Source of the DNA: Nitrospirales bacterium
GTDB taxonomy: Bacteria > Nitrospirota > Nitrospiria > Nitrospirales > UBA8639
Length of the DNA: 64,000 bases
Direction of reading: 5' to 3'
Assembly: GCA_963422365.1 (NCBI GenBank)
Contig: OY729426.1
Location: forward strand, 416,001 to 480,000
The notes beneath the pieces are model-generated. The model made no database searches and was not told where the DNA came from. It saw only the letters and a program-made list of their open reading frames with translations. How positions within the stretch are numbered: position 1 is the stretch's first letter; each line of letters starts with the position of its first letter. This document shows, one piece after another, positions 1 to 9,088 of this stretch. The position numbers were made by a program, and so were the translations under genes.

Positions 1-710
1 TGCTGCAAGAACAGTTCGACGAGCCCGGCGTCAAAGCCATCGTGCTGAGCCATGTGTCGCACGTTGACGGGCGTGTCTTCCCGGTCAGTGAAGTGGCCTC
101 ATTGGCCAGAGCAAGACAGTGCTTGGTTATCATCGACGGGGCTCAAGCCGTTGGCCACATCCCGGTTGATCTGAATGCGCTCGATTTCGACAGCTATTTT
201 TTTACCGGACACAAGTGGTGTGAAGGCCCGCTCGGTACGGGAGCAATGGTGGTGCGTGAAGGACTATTTACGCATCCTCGCTACCACGCGATTGAAGGAA
301 AACACCAAGGTCGGTGTCCAGCATTCCAATTTGAAATCGGGACGCACAACATCGGGCTCATTGGGGGGCTCGCCAAAGCCTGCGAACAACAGCCGCGGAG
401 AAGCAAAGCCGAACCACAGCCGACCTTTCGAGAAACGGCAAAGGAACTGCTGGGCGGGCCTCCACATTGTCATTTCATGGAATGGCAGGGCCCTCATGCC
501 CCCGGCATCCTCACGTTGCAAGGAGCGGATGACCTGGATCATGGGCTCTTTGCCAAACGGCTTGCATCCGAATTGGGGATTATCGTGAAACCCTTTCTAG
601 ACTATCCGGAAGGTGACGCGCCTGCGATTCGGCTGTCAGGGCCTTCGACGATGAATCAACAGGATTTTCAGAAAGGCGTTTCAAAGATTGCGCAACGACT
701 CGGGGGCTAA
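1..710 (+). CDS. Aminotransferase class V / cysteine desulfurase-like PLP enzyme (5'-partial, runs off window)
   Basis: The frame is open from the window edge. Motifs SHVSHVDG, IDGAQAVGH, and FTGHKW (PLP lysine) followed by GPLGTG. Confidence 0.8.
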   Translation, partial: LQEQFDEPGVKAIVLSHVSHVDGRVFPVSEVASLARARQCLVIIDGAQAVGHIPVDLNALDFDSYFFTGHKWCEGPLGTGAMVVREGLFTHPRYHAIEGKHQGRCPAFQFEIGTHNIGLIGGLAKACEQQPRRSKAEPQPTFRETAKELLGGPPHCHFMEWQGPHAPGILTLQGADDLDHGLFAKRLASELGIIVKPFLDYPEGDAPAIRLSGPSTMNQQDFQKGVSKIAQRLGG

Positions 711-833
711 CCTCTCTGTATTTGGGTGGCATCTCATTCTGCCCAGAAGACGGGGCCATGAACCATGTCCCTGTCTCCGTGTAGCTGCCGCATCTCATGC
801 GGCCCTGTACGGGCACCGCATGTGCAAACGCCG

Positions 834-1646
834 TCAGGATGCATCTTCGCCCTGGCGGTTTAATCGTTCCTCTAATCGTCGCAAGGCCTTCTGGGTTGAA
901 CGAAGGTCGCGTAAGATTTCTTCTCGCGAGACGGGTTGCTCCAGTTCTCGAAGGCGTTCAGCCTTGGCTTCTTCCAGATTGTTGAGCACCACTGCGATAA
1001 AGAGATTGATCACCACAAACGTCCCGACCACCACAAAGCTGACAAAATACATCCAGGCCAGCGGATGCAATTCCATGGCGGTATACATCATGTCCGTCCA
1101 ATCTTCCAACGTCACGACACGAAACAATGACAACAGAGAAATGCCCAAACTTCGCCAATGGATGGGATCATGTTCGTGAAACAGCTGGTAGCCCGTAATC
1201 GCATAAATATAAAAGATGATGCTCATCAGGAGCATGACGTGTCCCATACTCGGGATCGAGCGCACGAGTGTCGAGACAATCAGGCGCAATTCCTGAATGG
1301 TGGAAATCAACCGCAGGACTCGCAATAACCGAGCCAGCCTGGCGATCATGGCATACTCCCCGGTCGCAGGAAGCAGCGAGAACACAATCACCGAACAATC
1401 GAAGACATTCCACCCATCCCGAAAATATCGATCAATCTGCGGGGCCACGGCTATCATCTTGAAGGCGGCTTCGAGAATGAACACGGCCAACACGATGTGA
1501 TTCCCCAGATGCATCCATTCTCCATATCGACGAACCAACGCAGGAGACGTCTCCATGCCCAACAACGCCCCGTTCCCGATAATGAGCGCGACAATCACAT
1601 ATTCAAAACCAGGAGCACCGACCAGCCGTTGCGCGAACTGTTTCAT
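834..1646 (-). CDS. Bacterial voltage-gated cation channel (BacNav-like, 6TM ion transporter)
   Basis: S3 'WNVFD', S4 'RLARLLRVLR', pore filter 'VTLEDWTD', S6 'INLFIAVV' and a C-terminal coiled coil. Confidence 0.92.
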   Translation of the reverse strand: MKQFAQRLVGAPGFEYVIVALIIGNGALLGMETSPALVRRYGEWMHLGNHIVLAVFILEAAFKMIAVAPQIDRYFRDGWNVFDCSVIVFSLLPATGEYAMIARLARLLRVLRLISTIQELRLIVSTLVRSIPSMGHVMLLMSIIFYIYAITGYQLFHEHDPIHWRSLGISLLSLFRVVTLEDWTDMMYTAMELHPLAWMYFVSFVVVGTFVVINLFIAVVLNNLEEAKAERLRELEQPVSREEILRDLRSTQKALRRLEERLNRQGEDAS

Positions 1647-1763
1647 CGTCTGTGACCTTTACCTGAGGGAATCCCCGTGCAATGAAAAAAATAAACAGCG
1701 GGAGGTCCCTGAGAACCAGGGACTCTTACCTTACCCCACCCGACGTTGTCTGAGCCGATGCCT

Positions 1764-1794
1764 GTCATTCCCCCGGGTTTTAGCGGGAATCCAG
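1764..1794. repeat. REP-like palindromic element (GTCATTCCC...GCGGGAATCCAG type)
   Basis: The intergenic sequence gtcattcccccgggttttagcgggaatccag has attccc/gggaat arms. Confidence 0.45.
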
Positions 1795-1808
1795 AAAGAA
1801 AACTTGCC

Positions 1809-2720
1809 TTACCCCAGCCCATACCGGCTCAGTCGATCCTCTACAACATGATCCCGGAGCAAGGAGTCAAGCTGAAGATCATATCCCTCTGCTTGGACAA
1901 AGGCCTCCCGAGGAATTAACCCCACCAACTCGCTGCGCGCCACGGCCACACCTCGAAGAGCGGCCTCTCGTTTCACCGCGTCAAAAGCTACGTGAATGGG
2001 CGTGTGGCGATAGTTCGTCAAATTCATCGACACCTGCACGGATCCTTGACTTGTCAGTTCCAGCCCGATGGCCTTGACGGCAGGGAGGCCTCCATTCGCG
2101 GCGCGAAGGGTGTGAGCAATCGTCTGCGCGAGAGACAACTCTCGACTCTGCAACATCACATTGAAGGCAATCAGCGGGAAGCGCGCACCCACGGCAAGCA
2201 CGCCTGTGGTCGGGTGTAGTTGGCCGGGACCGAAATCCGGGACCCACGCCGGATCCGTCTGCATGCGTTTCATCAAAGCCTCCAGCCCACCTTTCCGAAT
2301 CTGTTCTAATCGCTTTCGAAAGGGTCGATTACAGGCTTCCTCATAGAGAAAAACCGGTATCCGAAGGTCCTGTCCAATGCGAGCACCGACCTGCCGAGCG
2401 AGTTGGACGCATTGGTCCATGGTCGAGCCTGACAGCGGAATAAATGGCAAGACATCACACACCCCGAGACGAGGGTGCTGGCCCACGTGATTCTTCAGGT
2501 TGATCAATGCCGAAGCCTTGGCCACCACCGAAAAAGCGGCTTCTTCCACCGCCTCAAAAGACCCGGCAACGGTCAGGACGCATCGGTGGTGGTCCATGTC
2601 CTGGTGCTGGTCAAGCAGGGAAACCCCTTGAACCGAGGCAAGCGCGTTCTTGAGTTTCTCGATCACCCCCGGATTACGCCCTTCACTAAAATTGGGAACA
2701 CTCTCGACTATGCCAGTCAT
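1809..2720 (-). CDS. ftcD: Glutamate formimidoyltransferase
   Basis: N-terminus 'VESVPNFSEGR', plus 'DHHRCVLT', 'HPRLGVCDVLPFIP', 'VGARFPLIAFNV' and 'QVSMNL'. Start set at ATG 2720. Confidence 0.92.
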   Translation of the reverse strand: MTGIVESVPNFSEGRNPGVIEKLKNALASVQGVSLLDQHQDMDHHRCVLTVAGSFEAVEEAAFSVVAKASALINLKNHVGQHPRLGVCDVLPFIPLSGSTMDQCVQLARQVGARIGQDLRIPVFLYEEACNRPFRKRLEQIRKGGLEALMKRMQTDPAWVPDFGPGQLHPTTGVLAVGARFPLIAFNVMLQSRELSLAQTIAHTLRAANGGLPAVKAIGLELTSQGSVQVSMNLTNYRHTPIHVAFDAVKREAALRGVAVARSELVGLIPREAFVQAEGYDLQLDSLLRDHVVEDRLSRYGLG

Positions 2721-2851
2721 AGCCCTGTTTACTGAAATCGTGCTTTGTTGACAACCCCCAAAAGGGGATATTATAGTCAAAACTACTGACAGTTTTTCAT
2801 GTTCACAAGCATCAAGCTCTAACCCTCTAGCCGCTCAGAACAGGTGATCCT

Positions 2852-3382
2852 ATGACGATGACGCAAGTCGAACCCGCGACGACCCTTGCCGAGCTTCAAG
2901 AATCCAAACCGGATCGGGTGACCATTGTGCTCCTGAGTGGCGAGATGGACAAGGCCATGGCCGCCTTTATCATTGCCACAGGGGCCGCGGCCATGGGCAT
3001 GCGCGTCACGATGTTTTTTACGTTCTGGGGCTTGAACGTGATTCGCAAACCCGGCGCCACGAGTGCAGCCAAAGACGTTTTGCGCAAGGCCTTCGGCTGG
3101 CTCAACAAAGGCGGTGCCGACGGCCTTCCTCTGTCCAGGTTTAATTTCGGCGGGATGGGCACCACGATGATGAAAAAAGTCATGCGAGCCAATCACATGC
3201 CTGAAGTGCCGGAATTGATCGAAACCGCCCAGGACCTCGGCGTCACCATGATCGCCTGTACCACGACGCTGGGCTTGTTGGGCATTTCAAAGGAAACCTT
3301 GATCGACGGCGTGGATCAACTCGCCGGTGTCTCAACCTACCTCGCGGAAGCCAAGGACGGCTCAGTGAATTTGTTTATTTGA
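2852..3382 (+). CDS. DsrE/DsrF-like (DsrE2/DrsH family) sulfur relay protein
   Basis: 'SGEMDKAMAAFIIATGAAAMG..MFFTFWGL', 'LPLSRFNFGGMG' and the conserved Cys in 'IACTTT'. Confidence 0.88.
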   Translation: MTMTQVEPATTLAELQESKPDRVTIVLLSGEMDKAMAAFIIATGAAAMGMRVTMFFTFWGLNVIRKPGATSAAKDVLRKAFGWLNKGGADGLPLSRFNFGGMGTTMMKKVMRANHMPEVPELIETAQDLGVTMIACTTTLGLLGISKETLIDGVDQLAGVSTYLAEAKDGSVNLFI

Positions 3383-3405
3383 GCAACACAACGCAAGTCT
3401 TCGCT

Positions 3406-3435
3406 TCTCCCCTTGAGGGAGGGAAGGGTGAGGGG
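3406..3435. repeat. Degenerate REP-like element (CTCCCC..GGGAG..GGGTGAGGGG type)
   Basis: tctccccttgagggagggaagggtgagggg lies between the dsrE-like and tusA genes. Confidence 0.3.
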
Positions 3436-3439
3436 AATT

Positions 3440-3685
3440 ATGATCGAATACGATATCACACTCGATACGCTGGGGTACTTCTGCCCCATGCCCATTATTC
3501 TTACCTCCAAAAAAATGAAAGAACTCACCACAGGCCAGGTCCTCGAAGTCCTCTCCGACGACGAAGGGATTAAAAAAGACATGCCCGCCTGGTGTCAAAC
3601 CACCGGCCACGAATGGGTCGGGCTCGAAGAGGAAGAGACGGATCCCAAAACAGTATATAAGGTCTACGTAAAAAAGGCCAAATAG
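3440..3685 (+). CDS. tusA: Sulfurtransferase TusA family protein
   Basis: 'LDTLGYFCPMPI' (CPxP motif), 'GQVLEVLSDD' and 'DMPAWC'. ATG at 3440. Confidence 0.9.
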   Translation: MIEYDITLDTLGYFCPMPIILTSKKMKELTTGQVLEVLSDDEGIKKDMPAWCQTTGHEWVGLEEEETDPKTVYKVYVKKAK

Positions 3686-3890
3686 AGTCTCCCGCCAGAT
3701 TTCTGCATTTCGAGAGCACTGATCAAGGATCATCGGATCAAGGAGTGCATAGTCAAGTAGATAAGTCCTGATAAGATCTTAAGGTCGTATGAAGAATAAA
3801 ACGACATTCAATTTGTCGTACACTCTCCCGCAACAATGCTTGAGATGCATCCTAAGCCGACCAAGAAAGACCTAGGGAGGCATCCTAGGG

Positions 3891-3910
3891 TTTTTATTGA
3901 CCAATAAAAA
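3891..3910. promoter_or_regulatory. Perfect inverted repeat TTTTTATTG-ac-CAATAAAAA (possible operator), next to a cctagg hairpin at 3871-3889
   Basis: 9-bp arms with a 2-nt spacer, upstream of the 4006 ORF. Confidence 0.35.
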
Positions 3911-4005
3911 AGGCCAACCTAAGATGGAAGAAATTCAAGGGCAGGAATAGCCTGCCTCCTTATCAACTTTCCTTGATAATTCCCATCGGAAAGGAGCCAG
4001 TCGCT

Positions 4006-5154
4006 ATGCAAAAGGACATGCACTACTTCGGCACCTATGCCATGGCCCGGGCTGCTGGTCTGTCACCGCAGGCGTGCCAGACCATTGCAACGGCGGCCGA
4101 GTTCGTTGACGACAATGGGGATAAGAAAACCATCGAGTTCCCGGACGGCGGACGTCTCGATTTCGTACCCACAGCACACCATACGATGGATATCAAGAAC
4201 ATAGACCATCACGATCAACGCCTCATCTGGGTTCCATTTCACTTTATCCCTGGCAACCAAGGCAGGGTGATGTCCGAACGCTTCTTGTGCCGGAAGGACA
4301 GCGAGATTGCTCGTGAGATGATCGAACACAATCTGTCTCTGGCCGACAAACCGTTCGGCCTCTACCTCGCCGGTATCTCGGCGCACGTCTATGCCGATAC
4401 CTTTTCGCACTATGGCTTCTCCGGCGTGAGTTCGCGCTGGAACCGGGTCGACTCGTCGTCGTTCGAGTTCATCGAAGTCGATCCGAAGATTGAGAGTTAT
4501 ATTAAGGAAAAAGCGAAGCACTTTCGAAAAAAATACGGTCGGGAAATTGGTCGGCTTCCCAATTTTCGCAACCCGGAGAAATGGAACGATCATCTGTCGA
4601 ACGTGATTTCGAAACTCAAGGACCGTTTTATGAGTGACGTTGCTGAAAAACTATCCGGGGCACTTGGGCACGCCGCGGTGATGACCTATCCCGACCGCCC
4701 GTATCTTCGATGGCGGTTCAACTATGAATATCCTGGAACGCGATCATCAGGGCTTCGGGACAACCCCGCCACGTTCCTTGAAGCTTGCGAGAACATGCAC
4801 GGCATGTTCCGCGGTCTCGGCGAGCACTACCAAGACGCAAGGCAAGACGAAGGTCGGCAGTTTGATGAAATTCGAGAAGTCGTCACGCAAATTCTCGCTA
4901 TGCAGGCACCGCGCAAGGACCGAGAAGCGGCTTGGAAAAACGCCGCCAAGGACGGAAGGCTATTCTCCGCAGCCGAGAACATTCGGCCTTACCAGGGTTC
5001 TCAATGGAAGAAAGGGCTCGAGAGCTTGAGGAAGGCCACGGACTCGCGCAAAGCCATCGAGAAGCCGATCTTCCGTTTCTACCAAGCGGCCGCAACACAT
5101 CGGACTTTCGTGCTTCGTGATCTTTTGCCGAAGTATGGGTTGGTGGTCGATTGA
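4006..5154 (+). CDS. DUF6765-like protein, possible Zn-dependent phospholipase C/P1-nuclease-like fold
   Basis: N-terminus 'MQKDMHYFGTYAMARAAG', plus 'AEFVDD', 'PFHFIPG' and 'AHVYADTFSH' (HxxxDxxxH). SD ggaaaggag precedes ATG 4006. Confidence 0.65.
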   Translation: MQKDMHYFGTYAMARAAGLSPQACQTIATAAEFVDDNGDKKTIEFPDGGRLDFVPTAHHTMDIKNIDHHDQRLIWVPFHFIPGNQGRVMSERFLCRKDSEIAREMIEHNLSLADKPFGLYLAGISAHVYADTFSHYGFSGVSSRWNRVDSSSFEFIEVDPKIESYIKEKAKHFRKKYGREIGRLPNFRNPEKWNDHLSNVISKLKDRFMSDVAEKLSGALGHAAVMTYPDRPYLRWRFNYEYPGTRSSGLRDNPATFLEACENMHGMFRGLGEHYQDARQDEGRQFDEIREVVTQILAMQAPRKDREAAWKNAAKDGRLFSAAENIRPYQGSQWKKGLESLRKATDSRKAIEKPIFRFYQAAATHRTFVLRDLLPKYGLVVD

Positions 5155-5313
5155 CCTGTTTATGAAAACAGGTCAAAGCCATGCCGCAGGACGATAAGAA
5201 CCACACCGGTTCGAATAATAACAGGGCAAAGGCGGAGATGGCCTTGAACAGGCTAGGTCTGACCGAAAATTGAAAAATCCTTCTATCTTTCTAGTGGGTA
5301 GGGATTCTAAGCA

Positions 5314-5766
5314 TTAACTGTGCTTTTGTTTTTCTAATGCTACCCATTCCTTGACAAGTTTCGGTAGCCTTTCAATAATCTCGTATCCAAACAGAACTTC
5401 ATCCACGTAACCCATATGTAACATATCTACTATCCTGCATAGATAGGACTTGCCACATTCCCACCATGTATAGTGGGAATCAATTATAAGGTAGTACAAA
5501 ACCTTTATATTTTCGTGCTCATGAAGTTCTTCTAATTCCATCCCATCTAGCAAGGTTTCATAGACTCCATCCGCAACCCTGCTACCGAAGGTTGTTGTGT
5601 GGTAATACTCCTTGATTTCCCATATGGCAACTGGGTTAACCGCACCAGGAAATGCAGCATCAACCCTTCGAGCAAGAGTGCGTAATGGTGCGCCATTAAA
5701 AGTAACAGTGGTCAATTCACTTGTGTCATAATGCGCAACGCATTCCTTCAGCGTTTGCTTCGACAA
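5314..5766 (-). pseudogene. 5'-truncated PD-(D/E)xK restriction endonuclease-like gene
   Basis: 'RVDAAFP...IWEIKEY' catalytic-type motif. AT-rich and divergent from a truncated methylase. Confidence 0.55.
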
Positions 5767-5789
5767 GCATATTAATAATTTCAGTTAAA

Positions 5790-6308
5790 TATGCATGTGC
5801 CATTTTTCCCCCTTTTAGGGCTTGCTACGGGGGAGTTGTAAGGTTCCGCAAGCAAGATGGATGGATGTCAACTCCATGGGGTGCACATCAACCAGAAGAT
5901 TTTAACAACCGTACAAATCTATGGCACGATAGAGTTCAGCACATCCAGTTTGAACTAATGGGTTACAAGGATGCTATGCATAAGGCACAAAAAGCAGACA
6001 TGATTGATTGTGACCCACCGTATAAACATAGTCAGGCAATTTTGTATGGTGGTCAGGACTTCAAATTAGAAGAACTTTTTGAAGAAATAGAATACTGCAA
6101 AAACCGTGGCGTGTATGTTGCTTTGAGTCTTGATGAAACAAAGAAGTCGGGAAAGATGGTTTGTGACCTTTCTAGTCCTGATGGAATATTTGAAGAAGAA
6201 ATTTATGTCAACCGGGGCAGGTCAATGCTAAAACGTTTTCAAATGGGTGGTCAGACCCTTGAAAGTGAAGTGGTTGCAGATAGGCTTTTACTTACCTATC
6301 TGTTGTAA
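5790..6308 (+). pseudogene. 5'-truncated Dam-family N6-adenine DNA methyltransferase
   Basis: Motif IV 'DCDPPY' and TRD-like 'RACYGGVVRFRK' are present. The N-terminal SAM-binding motif I is absent. Confidence 0.7.
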
Positions 6309-7229
6309 GACTAACTTGGTTTCCTCCGCACCTTCTCCATTCTGAAGGATTCTGCAAGTTTGGTATCTGTTCATTAGTGCTGACAGCGCCTTCGTTAGTT
6401 CTGCCTTATCTTTCAAGGCTTGTGACAACCGATCAGACCGTTCGCCTAGTACAACCCTAACGCTTCCCGCCAATTCCAGGCATCGCTCATCAGTGAACGC
6501 ATGCACGCCCTCGCTTAAGGCAGCAGGTAAGAGCGATATTGGACGGTGACCATTTATGAGCAAGCTCTCAGGCATTGCATCTTTTTGCCATATCTAATGC
6601 CTTACTGAATTGTGTTTCTGTTATGGCTGATTTTAATTTTTCAATCTTGTCTTCCTGTTGCCCCAATTTTTTAGACACCTTAACGATTTCGTCAAGAATA
6701 CGATTTTTCTGATTTTCACCAACTCTTCGAGAATATATGAATGCGCCAACTCCCAAACCTTGATTTTCACGCATCCTTCCTTTTAAGAATGCATCACGGT
6801 CCGGGCCAATGAGTTTAATTAACTTTGGTGAGACAGGTGAGCCATATGTTGGTCGCTCGCCGAATGTACAACACGTTCCTTGAGGTCTGGTATTGGCATC
6901 AAGCTTGGCTGCAAGCAAGAATGTTTTTCAACACATTGGCAATTTGAACAGCGATATGTAACATAGAAAAACTCGTGATTTTTGCTCTTCAATTGATTCG
7001 TTCCGCCTGATATGCACCGGAAGAACCGTACTCCATTGCATTTCTCATGACCACAGTGCATCCGTATTTCTGGTGTATGCATTGGGCTCAAGAGGCTATA
7101 GGGGTCTTGTTTCGATATTGAGAGATCCGAGACGTGGATGAGTTGATTCGGCGGAGTACTCTCAAGAAACTCAGCAATCGTTTGATATCGAATTTCTTCT
7201 TTTACTGCATCTGTATTGTTGTCAGACAA
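6288..7229 (-). pseudogene. Hypothetical Zn-ribbon + HEPN/DUF4145-like gene split by two frameshifts
   Basis: Three overlapping ORFs (6819-7229, 6568-6918, 6288-6575) read as one protein: HCGHEKC..CSNC, then 'GAFIYSRR', then 'LSEGVH'. Confidence 0.6.
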
Positions 7230-7398
7230 TTTGGTTCCTCTTGAATCGAATGAGTTCCGCTACCCACACAAGCAAGTGAAACATAGTGTGGTGAGTCCAG
7301 CCAAGTGGCTTTTTTGCCGTCATTAGAAGAGGGGGCAGACCACGGTTTCTATAAAATCCTCATAGGATTAGCATCCTGTTATCGACCTACGGAAATAA

Positions 7399-7494
7399 TC
7401 GGCTATTTCCAGAATTGAAAATCATGCCGAAGATATTCGCTTGTCCACTTTAGAAAAATTTGCATCCGCACTCGGACGTAGGCTTGAAATATCA
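7399..7494 (+). pseudogene. C-terminal remnant of an XRE/HigA-like HTH antitoxin
   Basis: Translates as [32 protein letters not shown], preceded by an in-frame TAA at 7396-7398. No start codon. Confidence 0.6.
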
Positions 7495-7564
7495 AGACAA
7501 GGAGGTCTGCAAGGGGGAATAATCGTTCTGCCTATTCTTCTGAGCCAGCAACGTTCGTAGGGGG

Positions 7565-9061
7565 CTATCCGCCCACCAAGGCCGTCACCGCAGGGACTGC
7601 AGCCGTGGGAGCATCCACATTCGAGAACATCAACGTGGAGGCCACGGCCCAGTCGATGAAGGGTTTGGGGTAGATGCCGAGAAGCAGGGTGCCGGCGATA
7701 CTTACGAAAATAACGGCTTTCAGTGGGGTTGATACCGAGAGCGGCGTGGGATCGGTGGGTTCGTTGATATACATTTTTTTGACCACGACCAGGTAGTAGT
7801 ACAGGGAGATGACGATATTGATCAGCCCGACGATTAACAGCGTGTAAAGTTCTTGTTCGATCGCTGCAACAAAAAGATAAAGTTTTCCAATGAATCCCGC
7901 GAGCGGTGGCACACCGGCGAGTGACAACAGAAAGAGCAGCATGGCGGCCGCGAGAAACGGAGATCGTCGATTCAACCCATTGTAATCTTCAATCTCATTG
8001 CTTTTGATCAGATTGCTGACGCCAATGACGACGGCAAAGGCGCCTAAGTTGGCAAACAGGTAGGTGAGCAAATAAAAGAGCATCGCATCACTGCCTTGTT
8101 TGGTCCCAGCCGCCAGTCCGATCATGACGTTGCCGATTTGAGCAATACCGGAATAGGCGAGTAATCGTTTAATGTTCTTCTGAGCGATGGCCACGATGTT
8201 GCCATAGGTCATGGACAAGATGGAGGCCACGATAAACAAGAGTACCCACATGGGTTTAAATGTCACGAGCGCGACGTAGAACATTCGAAGAAGAATGGCC
8301 AACGCCGCACCTTTCGGCGCGATCGACAGAAAAGCGGTGATGGGGGTGGGAGCCCCCTGATAGGTATCGGGAATCCAAGAGTGAAAAGGGACGGCGCCAA
8401 TTTTAAAGCCTAAGGCGGCAAAGATCATGAGAAAGCCAATGGCTAACCCATAGCTGCCGGACATCGACACCATCTCGGAAAACACCAGCGTTCCCGTCTC
8501 TCCATAGACAAGACTGATTCCATACGCGAGTAACCCCGCAGCGAACACGCCCAAGATAAAGAACTTGAGCCCCGCTTCGTTGGATTTCTGATCTTCCCGC
8601 AGATAGGCCACCAAAACGTAAAAACCGAAGGTGGAAAATTCCAACGTGACGAATACGGAGAGTAGGTCTTGCGCCGAGGCCATACACATCATGCCCAAGG
8701 CCGACATCATGACCAGAAAGTAATATTCGCCTCTAAAAAACTTGAATGACTTGACGTAATCGATCGAAGCCAGCACGACCAGCGCCGTGGCAATCAAAAC
8801 AAAAATCTTAAAGAAGATCGCCACCCCATCCAGGACAAACATGTCTTGAAACAGCGCGCCCTGGACTCCGGTGTAATCAAACCAGATCAGATGAATGAGC
8901 GTGACGATGATGCCCCCCACACTCAGGTAGGCCAGGGTTTTGTGATCGATATGTTGAAAGGTAAAGTCGACGGCCAACACCACACACAACCAGATGGTGA
9001 GGAAAATCTCAGGTGCCAGGAGGAGGAGGTCTGAGCCCGATAAAGTGAGATTAAACGTCAC
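7565..9061 (-). CDS. nuoN: NADH-quinone oxidoreductase subunit N
   Basis: 'SNEAGLKFFILG', 'FKIGAVPFHSWIPDTYQGAP' and 'KRLLAYSGIAQ'. Confidence 0.95.
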   Translation of the reverse strand: MTFNLTLSGSDLLLLAPEIFLTIWLCVVLAVDFTFQHIDHKTLAYLSVGGIIVTLIHLIWFDYTGVQGALFQDMFVLDGVAIFFKIFVLIATALVVLASIDYVKSFKFFRGEYYFLVMMSALGMMCMASAQDLLSVFVTLEFSTFGFYVLVAYLREDQKSNEAGLKFFILGVFAAGLLAYGISLVYGETGTLVFSEMVSMSGSYGLAIGFLMIFAALGFKIGAVPFHSWIPDTYQGAPTPITAFLSIAPKGAALAILLRMFYVALVTFKPMWVLLFIVASILSMTYGNIVAIAQKNIKRLLAYSGIAQIGNVMIGLAAGTKQGSDAMLFYLLTYLFANLGAFAVVIGVSNLIKSNEIEDYNGLNRRSPFLAAAMLLFLLSLAGVPPLAGFIGKLYLFVAAIEQELYTLLIVGLINIVISLYYYLVVVKKMYINEPTDPTPLSVSTPLKAVIFVSIAGTLLLGIYPKPFIDWAVASTLMFSNVDAPTAAVPAVTALVGG

Positions 9062-9088
9062 GACTGGGTACGGTTTTTCAACATCAGG

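Noticed and set aside
2852..3685. DsrE + TusA as evidence of dissimilatory sulfur oxidation
   Set aside because: There are no dsr, sox or shdr genes nearby. The pair is common in general sulfur relay and detoxification.
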